In this document: positions 17,866 to 25,222 of the stretch, piece by piece
Numbering within the stretch: position 1 is the stretch's first letter
Layout: each line of letters opens with the position of its first letter
Assembly: GCA_964371365.1 (NCBI GenBank)
Contig: CAYJMO010000004.1
Coordinates: 1 to 52,968 of the forward strand
Length of the DNA stretch: 52,968 nt
Origin: an uncultured Oscillospiraceae bacterium
GTDB taxonomy: Bacteria > Bacillota > Clostridia > Oscillospirales > Ruminococcaceae
Direction of reading: 5' to 3'
Notes under the pieces: model-generated
The model's database searches: none
The model's input: the letters and a program-made list of their open reading frames with translations, nothing else
What the model was told of the DNA's origin: nothing
Translations under genes and position numbers: made by a program

Positions 17866-18564
17866 TCACACTATAAAAATATCGGCGTCATCGGCGCACT
17901 GGAAAAGGAGGTCAGCTCCATCACCGATCAAATGACCAATGTGGTCAATGACAAGGTAGGCGGTGTTGACTTCTATAAGGGAGAGTATCAGGGGGTTAAG
18001 ATTGTAATATGTTGTGTCGGCATGGGCAAAGCTGCGGCGGCGGCAGGCACTCAGCTATTGTGCACCCATTTTAATTGTGATGCTGTGATATTCAGCGGCA
18101 TTGCCGGTAACATGAGCGGCAGGGTCGGAATTAACGATATCGTCCTCGGCAAACATGTCTACTACCACGATGCACAGATTGACATGCTCGCACAATCCTA
18201 CCCCAATTTAGAGCGTTACACCGCCGACGAGCAGTTGCTTGGCACCGCCGACAAGGTGTGCAGATCGCTCGGCATAAACTACATTCAGGGCGAGATTGCC
18301 ACCGGTGACCTATTTGTGGGTAGCAACGAGCTAAAGGCGGATATCCGCTCACGATGCAATCCGGACTGTGTCGAGATGGAGGGTGCGGCGGTCAGCCATA
18401 TTGCTGCTAAAAATGATGTGCCTTGCCTGATTATTCGCAGTATAAGTGACAACGCCGACGACGAGGCAGGGGAAACACTCGGCAAGTCTGATGCGGAATT
18501 CGATATAACCGAGTTTTGCAAAACCTCGGCGAAAATCCTGCTCGGGGTTGTTAAAAATATTTAA
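17863..18564 (+). CDS. mtnN: 5'-methylthioadenosine/S-adenosylhomocysteine nucleosidase
   Basis: IGVIGALEKEV, SGIAG, VEMEGAAV and IRSISD motifs. ATG 17863 is preferred over ATG 17851 for the same SD-spacing reason as hisF. Confidence 0.85.
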   Translation: MSHYKNIGVIGALEKEVSSITDQMTNVVNDKVGGVDFYKGEYQGVKIVICCVGMGKAAAAAGTQLLCTHFNCDAVIFSGIAGNMSGRVGINDIVLGKHVYYHDAQIDMLAQSYPNLERYTADEQLLGTADKVCRSLGINYIQGEIATGDLFVGSNELKADIRSRCNPDCVEMEGAAVSHIAAKNDVPCLIIRSISDNADDEAGETLGKSDAEFDITEFCKTSAKILLGVVKNI

Positions 18565-18639
18565 TTTTGTATGTTGTAGGCATCCCGACCGGTTTGTGCA
18601 AAATATAGTAACACGCGAGGTGTACACCCCTGCAATAAT

Positions 18640-19344
18640 CTACACCGTTATCTCTGTGAAAATCCCCTGCCCCACCGCTATGGTCTCAAGTCTATCTTCT
18701 TTGTCCTCGTCCTGACTTATAACCCTTGTTGTTATGATTATTTCTTGGTACAGCGTTTCATATATCTCCTGCATCCACGGCTCGGAAAACTCACCGGAAG
18801 GGGTTAGATTGGTCTCATCGAGCGGATATCCGGCCTGCTCAGGGCTCTCGGCGGTCATGGTGGGATTGGACAGATCCGCAAAAATCTCATACTGCTCCTG
18901 CATGGTGTCGAAATCGTCGGTCATATAAATGTAAGAGGTCAACTCACTAAGGTCCGCCGACATCCTGGTCACCGCCGCCATCTGAGTATATGGGTCGGCG
19001 CTCTCGCCGGTGGAAAGAGTGTAGACGTTTAGCATTGCGACCGCATTACCGTCGCCGTTGATGTCCTCCACAAAGGCACTAAGATCGTTTTCAAGCGCCT
19101 CGGTCACCTCGGTGGGGATGCCGGTTTTGCTCGTTATATACGCAAAATTCACGTCCGGGTGCACCTGTGTCACTATATCATATATAAAAAAGCCAACAAT
19201 GAGGGCGGTGATAGCGCCGACCGCAAAAAATATTCTGTGATAAAACCAAAAATTTTTCGCTTTGTCCTTTTTGGTCTGTTCCGGCAGCGGAGCCGGCTCC
19301 TCCATGTCGCTTTTTATCATGTTTAGATAGTCTTTGCTCGGCAT
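18640..19344 (-). CDS. Hypothetical single-pass membrane protein with acidic extracytoplasmic domain
   Basis: There is one TM segment (FFAVGAITALIVGFFIYDIV) after a charged N-terminus. I recognise no family. The start, MPSKDY at 19344, follows the shared SD cassette. Confidence 0.6.
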   Translation of the reverse strand: MPSKDYLNMIKSDMEEPAPLPEQTKKDKAKNFWFYHRIFFAVGAITALIVGFFIYDIVTQVHPDVNFAYITSKTGIPTEVTEALENDLSAFVEDINGDGNAVAMLNVYTLSTGESADPYTQMAAVTRMSADLSELTSYIYMTDDFDTMQEQYEIFADLSNPTMTAESPEQAGYPLDETNLTPSGEFSEPWMQEIYETLYQEIIITTRVISQDEDKEDRLETIAVGQGIFTEITV

Positions 19345-19412
19345 CTTTATAACCATTCCTTTCTCAATTTTTTCTCAAACGATTTCTGTTTGGTAAGGAA
19401 ATAAACCTTTCA
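19342..19412 (-). repeat. Intergenic modular repeat, copy C (partial; upstream of membrane-protein gene)
   Basis: The minus strand reads GGTTTATTTCCTTACCAAACAGAAATCGTTTGAGAAAAAATTGAGAAAGGAATGGTTATAAAGATG. Confidence 0.7.
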
Positions 19413-19506
19413 CCCCTAAAAATATACTATTATTGCAAGTTTAAATCAGTATTATGAAAATAGCGTGAAAATTGTAAAATTCACCCCGAAAGGAACGTTC
19501 AAAACC

Positions 19507-21501
19507 ATGAACTCAAAAACTACGCTTAATCTCCTCTCATCATTGATTATCGGCGAAATGAACACACGTATCTGTGCTGAATTTGGCAATGATTATATCA
19601 AAAATCGGCATCCGTTTATCGCCGACTATATAAAGAACAACAAGTCAGTCACGCGCATTGAGTATTTTGCCGCACTTGCCGAGACGCCGGGATATCAGCG
19701 ATTGTCCCGGATATATAGAATATGCGGCGATTATCGACTCGCACTGCGTTTAGTCGAGCTTTGTCTTACCTGCATGGTAGTGCCGGAGCTTGAGCAGATG
19801 TTAGTTGATCTTTATGAGGGTGGATTGACATTGGAGCTCTGTGAAAAATTATGGAATGAGGGGGATTATCTATACAGCTACAAATCAGAGCGTGAGAAGG
19901 CAAAGCAGCTGTTGACCGTGACTAACAGTGCAGCTCCCCATCTTCGTCAAACTTTCTGTGCCGATGATGTATTGTACGACTTTGTAAGTGGCGCAGACGA
20001 GCTGGACGATGCACTGAAATTTATTTCCAAGCGATTTAAGGTTAACGATGAACTGCAAAAATTATATATTAACGAAGATAAGGTTGATGAAATTTTAGGG
20101 CACTTAAATCAAAGCAAGCTGTTACATATAGCCGGCAATGTCGGGGTCGGCAGAAAACTTCTACTCATGCATGCCTGTAAAAAAGGTGGTATGCCGATAC
20201 TCTTTATCGACACAAAAAAACTGCTGTCAAATGATGCTGACAAACTTTTAAACATTGTCTATCGAATACGTCGCGAGGCGTTGTTACACGAGTATACTCT
20301 TTGCTTTTGGAATGTCGAGGTGTCAAACGATAATTCTATCGACATATTTATGGACGACGTTCTCACACCTTTAAAGAAGAACGAAACACCGATCTGTATC
20401 ATCACAACCCCCGAAATTCATCTGCTCGCTCGGAGTGAACGCACCATGATGATGATATCTATCGAGGAGCCTACACGCGTCGAGCGTGCGAAGTTGTGGG
20501 CAGGGTATGGTGAGCAGTACGGCATAGAGGGCGTCGACTGGCTACTTATCAGCAACAAGATAAAGATGAATGCTCACAAGACGCAAAAGGTTTTAGAACA
20601 GCTCTCCATGCGAGGACATGACGGACCGCCGAGTGAACGCGATGTCATGGAGGTGTGTAACATTGTCCTGCCGCCGGCGCAGGGGGATTTTCATGCCGTC
20701 AATAACCGATTTGTGTTGGATGACCTCAAGGTATCGGACGCTACTAAGGAGACTATGTACAACATCTGTTCTCACGTCCTGCATCGACACAAGGTCTATG
20801 ACGAGTGGGATCTCGAGAGCAAGTTTTCCTATGGTAAAAGTGTCTCTGCACTCTTTGTCGGTGCCCCCGGCACGGGCAAGACGATGGCGGTGCACGTCAT
20901 CTCCAACATGCTCAACATCCCGATTTTTCAGGTGGATTTATCGCAGGTGGTGGACAAGTACATCGGCGAGACGGAAAAGCACTTGGAGCGCATATTCGAC
21001 CGCGCAGAGAGCACCAACACCATCCTGTTTTTCGACGAGGCGGACAGTATATTCGGCAAACGCAGTGATGTCAGCGAGGCAAAGGACAAGTTCGCCAACA
21101 CACAGGTATCCTACATCCTGCAACGCTTGGAACAGTACGACGGTATCGTCATACTTGCCACCAACTTCCGCCAGAATGTCGACGACGCGGTCATGCGCCG
21201 CATAAGATACCTCGTGGAGTTCCAGTTTCCGAACGTGGAGACCCGTCGTATGCTATGGCAGTCCGCATTTGCCGAGAAAACACCTCTTGAGGAGGTGGAC
21301 TTCGATTTCCTTGCCCTTAGATTTGAGCTCGCAGGCGGTTCTATTAAAAACATAGCCCTAAACGCCGCATTCTTAGCCGCAAAGGAGGAGAGTGCGATAA
21401 CCATGCGACATATCTTAATATGTGTCAAGGAGGAAAGCAAAAAACTCGGAAAGGCGATGCTTAAACAGGATTTCGGAATGTATGGCGAGATGCTGTTTTA
21501 G
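19507..21501 (+). CDS. Two-domain AAA+ ATPase (degenerate N-terminal module, canonical C-terminal classic-clade AAA)
   Basis: C-terminal module: GAPGTGKTM, DKYIGETEKHLERIF, ILFFDEADSIFGKRS, ILATNF..VDDAVMRRI. The N-terminal module has a degenerate P-loop, GNVGVGRKLLL. ATG 19507 follows AAAGGAA at typical spacing. Confidence 0.8.
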   Translation: MNSKTTLNLLSSLIIGEMNTRICAEFGNDYIKNRHPFIADYIKNNKSVTRIEYFAALAETPGYQRLSRIYRICGDYRLALRLVELCLTCMVVPELEQMLVDLYEGGLTLELCEKLWNEGDYLYSYKSEREKAKQLLTVTNSAAPHLRQTFCADDVLYDFVSGADELDDALKFISKRFKVNDELQKLYINEDKVDEILGHLNQSKLLHIAGNVGVGRKLLLMHACKKGGMPILFIDTKKLLSNDADKLLNIVYRIRREALLHEYTLCFWNVEVSNDNSIDIFMDDVLTPLKKNETPICIITTPEIHLLARSERTMMMISIEEPTRVERAKLWAGYGEQYGIEGVDWLLISNKIKMNAHKTQKVLEQLSMRGHDGPPSERDVMEVCNIVLPPAQGDFHAVNNRFVLDDLKVSDATKETMYNICSHVLHRHKVYDEWDLESKFSYGKSVSALFVGAPGTGKTMAVHVISNMLNIPIFQVDLSQVVDKYIGETEKHLERIFDRAESTNTILFFDEADSIFGKRSDVSEAKDKFANTQVSYILQRLEQYDGIVILATNFRQNVDDAVMRRIRYLVEFQFPNVETRRMLWQSAFAEKTPLEEVDFDFLALRFELAGGSIKNIALNAAFLAAKEESAITMRHILICVKEESKKLGKAMLKQDFGMYGEMLF

Positions 21502-21617
21502 TGGACGTTGTTCTGATAAAGTGAGCATTTTGTGTCGCTATCCGGCTCTTTTTACCGTCATAAAATCAACTAAAAATACAAAAAATGTGGCGAGAGCACT
21601 TTCTTTATTAAAATATA

Positions 21618-21646
21618 TTGACTTTTTTCTAAAGATATCTTATAAT
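21618..21646 (+). promoter_or_regulatory. Consensus sigma-A promoter of the rpsF-ssb-rpsR operon
   Basis: TTGACT (21618-21623), exactly 17 nt, TATAAT (21641-21646). Confidence 0.7.
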
Positions 21647-21753
21647 ATAAAGGCTAACCATATATAAAATTAATTTATATGGCGCATCCTTCGGCGAGTT
21701 TTCGCCGCATTAGACCGTGAGGAGGCGACAGCTAATCTGATTTTTCATTCAGG

Positions 21754-21830
21754 TCTGCAGTTTTGTGCCCTTTCGTGTCATCGAAACCTGTCGTAAACTC
21801 GATAGGCAAATCGCACAAATAATGTGCAGA
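21754..21830 (+). promoter_or_regulatory. Structured 5' leader next to the rpsF SD (candidate S6:S18 autoregulatory leader)
   Basis: The closing helix TCTGCAG..TTGTGC (21754-21768) pairs with GCACAA..TGCAGA (21813-21830). It encloses hairpins TTTCG-N6-CGAAA and CCTGTCG-N6-CGATAGG. The 3' arm ends at the AAAGGA SD. Confidence 0.4.
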
Positions 21831-21844
21831 AAGGAATGTGTATT

Positions 21845-22129
21845 TTGAACAAGTATGAAGTAATGTTGGTTCTATCCTGCAACAAGGACGAGGAGGCACT
21901 GACCGCTCTTATCGCGAAACTTCGCGGTGTTATCGAGTCCGGTGCAACCATCGAGAGCTTTGACGAGTGGGGTAAACGCCGTCTTGCCTATGAAATCAAC
22001 TACCAAAACGATGGATATTATATCCTGTGCAATTTCGAGAGCAACGCGGATTTCCCGAAAGAGCTCAACCGTATTTTTCACATCACCGACGGTATCCTAC
22101 GCACCATGATAATCGCCAAAGAAGACTAA
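21845..22129 (+). CDS. rpsF: 30S ribosomal protein S6
   Basis: LNKYEVMLVLS...WGKRRLAYEI. TTG 21845 lies 7 nt after AAAGGAAT. The track's upstream M codons overlap the SD. Confidence 0.9.
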   Translation: MNKYEVMLVLSCNKDEEALTALIAKLRGVIESGATIESFDEWGKRRLAYEINYQNDGYYILCNFESNADFPKELNRIFHITDGILRTMIIAKED

Positions 22130-22219
22130 TCTTCTTTTAGAGAGGTTAAACTTCCCTCATTAAAAGAGATATTTAACTCTCTTTTAATTAACAAAAAGAG
22201 AAAGGAATGGTTTTAAAGG

Positions 22220-22663
22220 ATGAATGTGGTTGCATTGCTCGGTCGACTTGTTGCCGACCCGGAGCTAAGACAGACCCCGCAGGGAATTCAGGTCACACGT
22301 ATGCGTATTGCGGTCAACCGCGCCTATGTCAAACACGGCGAAGAGCGTAAAGCGGATTTTATCGATGTGGTCGCATGGCGCAACACCGCTGAGTTTGCCG
22401 CGAAATATTTTCGTAAAGGCAACATGATGGGTGTTTCCGGCTCGATACAGACCCGAACATACACCGATAAAGACGGCAATAATCGTCACGCCTTTGAGGT
22501 TGTCGCGGACAATATCTCCTTTGCCGAGAGCAAGAGTTCTTCCTCCGGCTCGTCCTACCCAACACCCTCCCTGCCTCAGAACGATGGTCCGGCAGGCGGA
22601 TTCTCGGGTGGAGCTAACGACGATTTTACCGTTGTTGACGACAGCGAGGACCTTCCGTTCTAA
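22220..22663 (+). CDS. ssb: Single-stranded DNA-binding protein
   Basis: OB-fold N-terminus MNVVALLGRLVADPELRQTPQG, a Gly/Ser/Pro-rich linker, and the acidic tip DDSEDLPF. Confidence 0.95.
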   Translation: MNVVALLGRLVADPELRQTPQGIQVTRMRIAVNRAYVKHGEERKADFIDVVAWRNTAEFAAKYFRKGNMMGVSGSIQTRTYTDKDGNNRHAFEVVADNISFAESKSSSSGSSYPTPSLPQNDGPAGGFSGGANDDFTVVDDSEDLPF

Positions 22664-22769
22664 TTAAACCTTAATTTAATATGTGTCCGACATCGCCGAC
22701 AAAACTACCGCAAGACTCGATGGTTTCGCGCGTTTTCGGAACACAAAACCATGTAGAAAGGAATAACTT

Positions 22770-23030
22770 ATGGCTAACCCCAACGAAAGCGGTAGCGCAG
22801 CAGTTCGCGCCGCCTCCCGTCGTCCGCGCAAAAAGGTTTGCACCTTCTGTGCCGACAATACAAAGTCGATAGATTACAAGGATCTTGTTCGTCTTCGCAA
22901 GTTCATCACCGAGCGCTCTAAGATCATACCTCGCCGTGTGACAGGAACATGCGCAGCTCACCAACGTATGCTTGCAGTTGCAATCAAACGCTCAAGACAT
23001 GTTGCTCTGATGCCTTATACCAACGACTAA
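22770..23030 (+). CDS. rpsR: 30S ribosomal protein S18
   Basis: [47 protein letters not shown] is the S18 signature. It occupies the third position of the rpsF-ssb-rpsR operon. Confidence 0.95.
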   Translation: MANPNESGSAAVRAASRRPRKKVCTFCADNTKSIDYKDLVRLRKFITERSKIIPRRVTGTCAAHQRMLAVAIKRSRHVALMPYTND

Positions 23031-23052
23031 GAATTTAGTTTATATCACAAAA

Positions 23053-23095
23053 AATCGACACCGCTTTTCTAAGTGGTGTCGATTCTTTGTGTTTA
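23053..23095 (+). terminator. Intrinsic terminator of the rpsF-ssb-rpsR operon
   Basis: AATCGACACC-(12 nt)-GGTGTCGATT followed by CTTTGTGTTT, 23 nt after the rpsR stop. Confidence 0.7.
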
Positions 23096-23110
23096 TCATG
23101 GCGGTTGCTG

Positions 23111-23217
23111 CGGGGGGCGCGTGTTTGAAGGCTTTCAAACTCCCCAAAAGGGACAAGAGCCTTCGAGGCTCTTGTCCCTTTTGGGGACTGCGAACTTGTT
23201 CGCAGACGCGCCCCCCG
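23111..23217. repeat. Perfect four-way-junction palindrome (12-bp closing stem plus three hairpins of 7, 22 and 7 bp)
   Basis: All 48 pairs are Watson-Crick and there are no unpaired junction nucleotides. Closing stem 23111-23122/23206-23217; hairpins at 23123-23140, 23141-23187 and 23188-23205. Confidence 0.8.
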
Positions 23218-23263
23218 TACCGTCATTAGGGCGTGAACAGCTTGACGCCGTTTATCTCAAACA

Positions 23264-23370
23264 CAAAAAAACTACTGCGGTGCTTAACAATACGCGCTAA
23301 CGTATCGAGGAGGATAAGCACCGCAGTAACTCGTATGAGAGGCTAAAATACACTTTGTATTTCTCTATGT
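23264..23370 (-). ncRNA. Candidate small RNA (~105 nt) with its own promoter and intrinsic terminator
   Basis: A minus-strand promoter lies at 23403-23375. The terminator has a 14-bp perfect stem (23315-23328 with 23273-23286) followed by U7 (23271-23265). There is no ATG in the transcript. CCUCUC and CCUCCUC segments are present. Confidence 0.5.
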
Positions 23371-23374
23371 CTGA

Positions 23375-23403
23375 ATTGTAACACTTTTGTAATCAAATGT
23401 CAA
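23375..23403 (-). promoter_or_regulatory. Sigma-A promoter of the sRNA candidate
   Basis: The minus strand reads TTGACA (23403-23398), 17 nt, then TACAAT (23380-23375). Confidence 0.6.
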
Positions 23404-23410
23404 TACTTTT

Positions 23411-23440
23411 TTGAAAATAAATAAATATATTTTTTAAAAT
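23411..23440 (+). promoter_or_regulatory. Possible promoter of the AGCS symporter gene
   Basis: TTGAAA (23411-23416), 18 nt, TAAAAT (23435-23440). The region is AT-rich, so alternatives exist. Confidence 0.35.
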
Positions 23441-23590
23441 GTCCGTTTTATGCGGTTTTAAAGCAAAAAATATGTGATAGAAAAGTTACAAACATGTTAC
23501 ACACGTTGTTGCGCTGTATTTTTTTGTAATATCTCACTCCGATCTGTAATATCATTTCTTAGAACAGTTTTTCATGAGGAATGCTCTAAA

Positions 23591-24991
23591 GTGATATCGG
23601 AGGTAGTGTCGGCGTTTAGCTCTTTTTTGTGGGGAGCTCCCATGCTTATCATTTTGATAGGTGTGGGCATTTTCTTGACGTTTAACACAGGGTTTGTGCA
23701 GATCAGGCGTTTTGGTTATGCTTTAAGGTTAATACTACACTCCGCAAGACCTAAAGAAAAGAGGGGGCGCAGCCATTCACTTTCCCCCTTCCAATCCTTT
23801 TCGATTGCCCTCGGTGCAACCGTAGGCATTGGCAACATAGTCGGTGTGGCGGGGGCTATCGCACTCGGCGGTCCGGGTGCGGTTTTCTGGATGTGGGTCG
23901 CCGGCATTATCGGCATGGCAACGAAATACTGTGAGATTGTGCTCGCGGTGCGCTATCGGGAGCGAAGACCTAACGGCAACCGCATAGGCGGACCCATGTA
24001 CTATATAATAAAGGGGCTCGACAGCAGGCTTTCACCACTCGCCGTCTTGTTTGCCGCGTTCGGCTGTATCGCAATACTCGGCACCGGAAATATGGCACAG
24101 ATCAACACCGTCGCAGAGGTTACAAGTTCCGCCGTCACCACCCTAATGCCGGGCCTTTCGAGCTATGACACCGCACTAAAGTTTGCGGTCGGACTGCTAT
24201 TCGCCGTCATCATCGGCAGGGCACTCTTAGGAGGAGCAAAGCGCGTTGGATATATTGCAGAGAGGATCGTCCCGTCGATGGCACTACTCTACCTTCTCTG
24301 TGTAGGCGCGGTCATCGCGTACAACATCGAAAGTTTGCTGCCCACCCTATCACTCATTTTCCGCTCTGCATTCGACCCGACCGGTGCACTCGGCGCAGGG
24401 GTTGGGTTGAGTATTTCACACGCGCTTCGCCTCGGTTTTGCGCGAGGCGTTTTTTCCAACGAGGCAGGGCTTGGCACCTCTCCGATGGCATATGCATCCA
24501 CCGACTGTTCCTCGGCGGTGGAACAGGGATTGCTCGGTGTGGTTGAGGTTTTTGTGGACACCATTGTCATCTGCACCGCGACGGCACTGTGCATACTCAT
24601 GAGTGGAGTAGCCCTACCCTACGGCGAGATGGCAGGAATTGGGCTCGCCATGTCCGGCTTTGAGGGCTTGTTTGGTGATCGGATAACGGTAGTGTTTACC
24701 GCAATTATGGTCTCACTTTTTGCCTTTACCTCAATGCTCACATTTAGCATGTACGGAGTTCGCTGCTTTGAATTCCTGTTCGGTGGCAGGTGGGTGGGCA
24801 TATATAGGGCAACATATATTCTATTTGTGGTGGTGGGCTCACTCACACATCTTGAACTTGTGTGGGAGATTTCATCGGTGTTTAACGGATTGATGGCGAT
24901 ACCAAACCTAATAGCCGTCACACTGCTTATCGGCGAGGTACGACGGCTGACCAAAAGTTATTTCAATAAAAAAGATAATCTATCGCCTTGA
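23591..24991 (+). CDS. Sodium:alanine (AGCS family) symporter
   Basis: Polytopic. Motifs FQSFSIALGATVGIGNIVGVAGAIALGGPGAVFWMW and FSNEAGLGTSP are typical of AGCS. GTG 23591 lies 8 nt after GAGGAAT. The track's extension from 23474 is AT-rich leader sequence. Confidence 0.85.
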   Translation: MISEVVSAFSSFLWGAPMLIILIGVGIFLTFNTGFVQIRRFGYALRLILHSARPKEKRGRSHSLSPFQSFSIALGATVGIGNIVGVAGAIALGGPGAVFWMWVAGIIGMATKYCEIVLAVRYRERRPNGNRIGGPMYYIIKGLDSRLSPLAVLFAAFGCIAILGTGNMAQINTVAEVTSSAVTTLMPGLSSYDTALKFAVGLLFAVIIGRALLGGAKRVGYIAERIVPSMALLYLLCVGAVIAYNIESLLPTLSLIFRSAFDPTGALGAGVGLSISHALRLGFARGVFSNEAGLGTSPMAYASTDCSSAVEQGLLGVVEVFVDTIVICTATALCILMSGVALPYGEMAGIGLAMSGFEGLFGDRITVVFTAIMVSLFAFTSMLTFSMYGVRCFEFLFGGRWVGIYRATYILFVVVGSLTHLELVWEISSVFNGLMAIPNLIAVTLLIGEVRRLTKSYFNKKDNLSP

Positions 24992-25115
24992 AAAATTAAG
25001 TTTATCACCATGAAAACCGATATTTTTCCCCATTATCAAAGTTAATATTTTTTGTGTATTTTATACAGTAATAAAACTGTAATATAGTCAAAAGGCAAAA
25101 AACATCTTATGTATA

Positions 25116-25144
25116 TTGACTTATTTGGTCATTTGTGATATTAT
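25116..25144 (+). promoter_or_regulatory. Sigma-A promoter (extended -10) of sugar ABC locus 1
   Basis: TTGACT (25116-25121), 17 nt ending in TGA, TATTAT (25139-25144). Confidence 0.55.
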
Positions 25145-25222
25145 TTAAAAACGGTGGTTGAATTTTTGTGTATAACACAATTGTGATTCCACACAAGTAA
25201 TGTATTATGGAGGAATATGTTA

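Noticed and set aside
19507-21501. An extracellular contractile injection system or other conflict island around the AAA+ ATPase.
   Set aside because: No sheath, tube, baseplate, spike, toxin or immunity-like genes are adjacent. The flanks are a membrane protein, mtnN and the ribosomal rpsF operon.
23035-23300. ORFs 23035-23226(-) and 23073-23300(+) in the rpsR-AGCS intergenic region.
   Set aside because: Both merely read through the perfect four-way palindrome, so each strand encodes mirror-like peptides. They have no SD and start inside or next to the operon terminator.
23230-23590. A glycine riboswitch upstream of the AGCS symporter, which is a common association.
   Set aside because: I could not find the conserved glycine-aptamer cores (GGAGAG...CACCGAAGGGGCAA-type) on the plus strand. 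The strong hairpin at 23273-23328 has its U-run on the minus strand, so it belongs to the minus-strand sRNA candidate.
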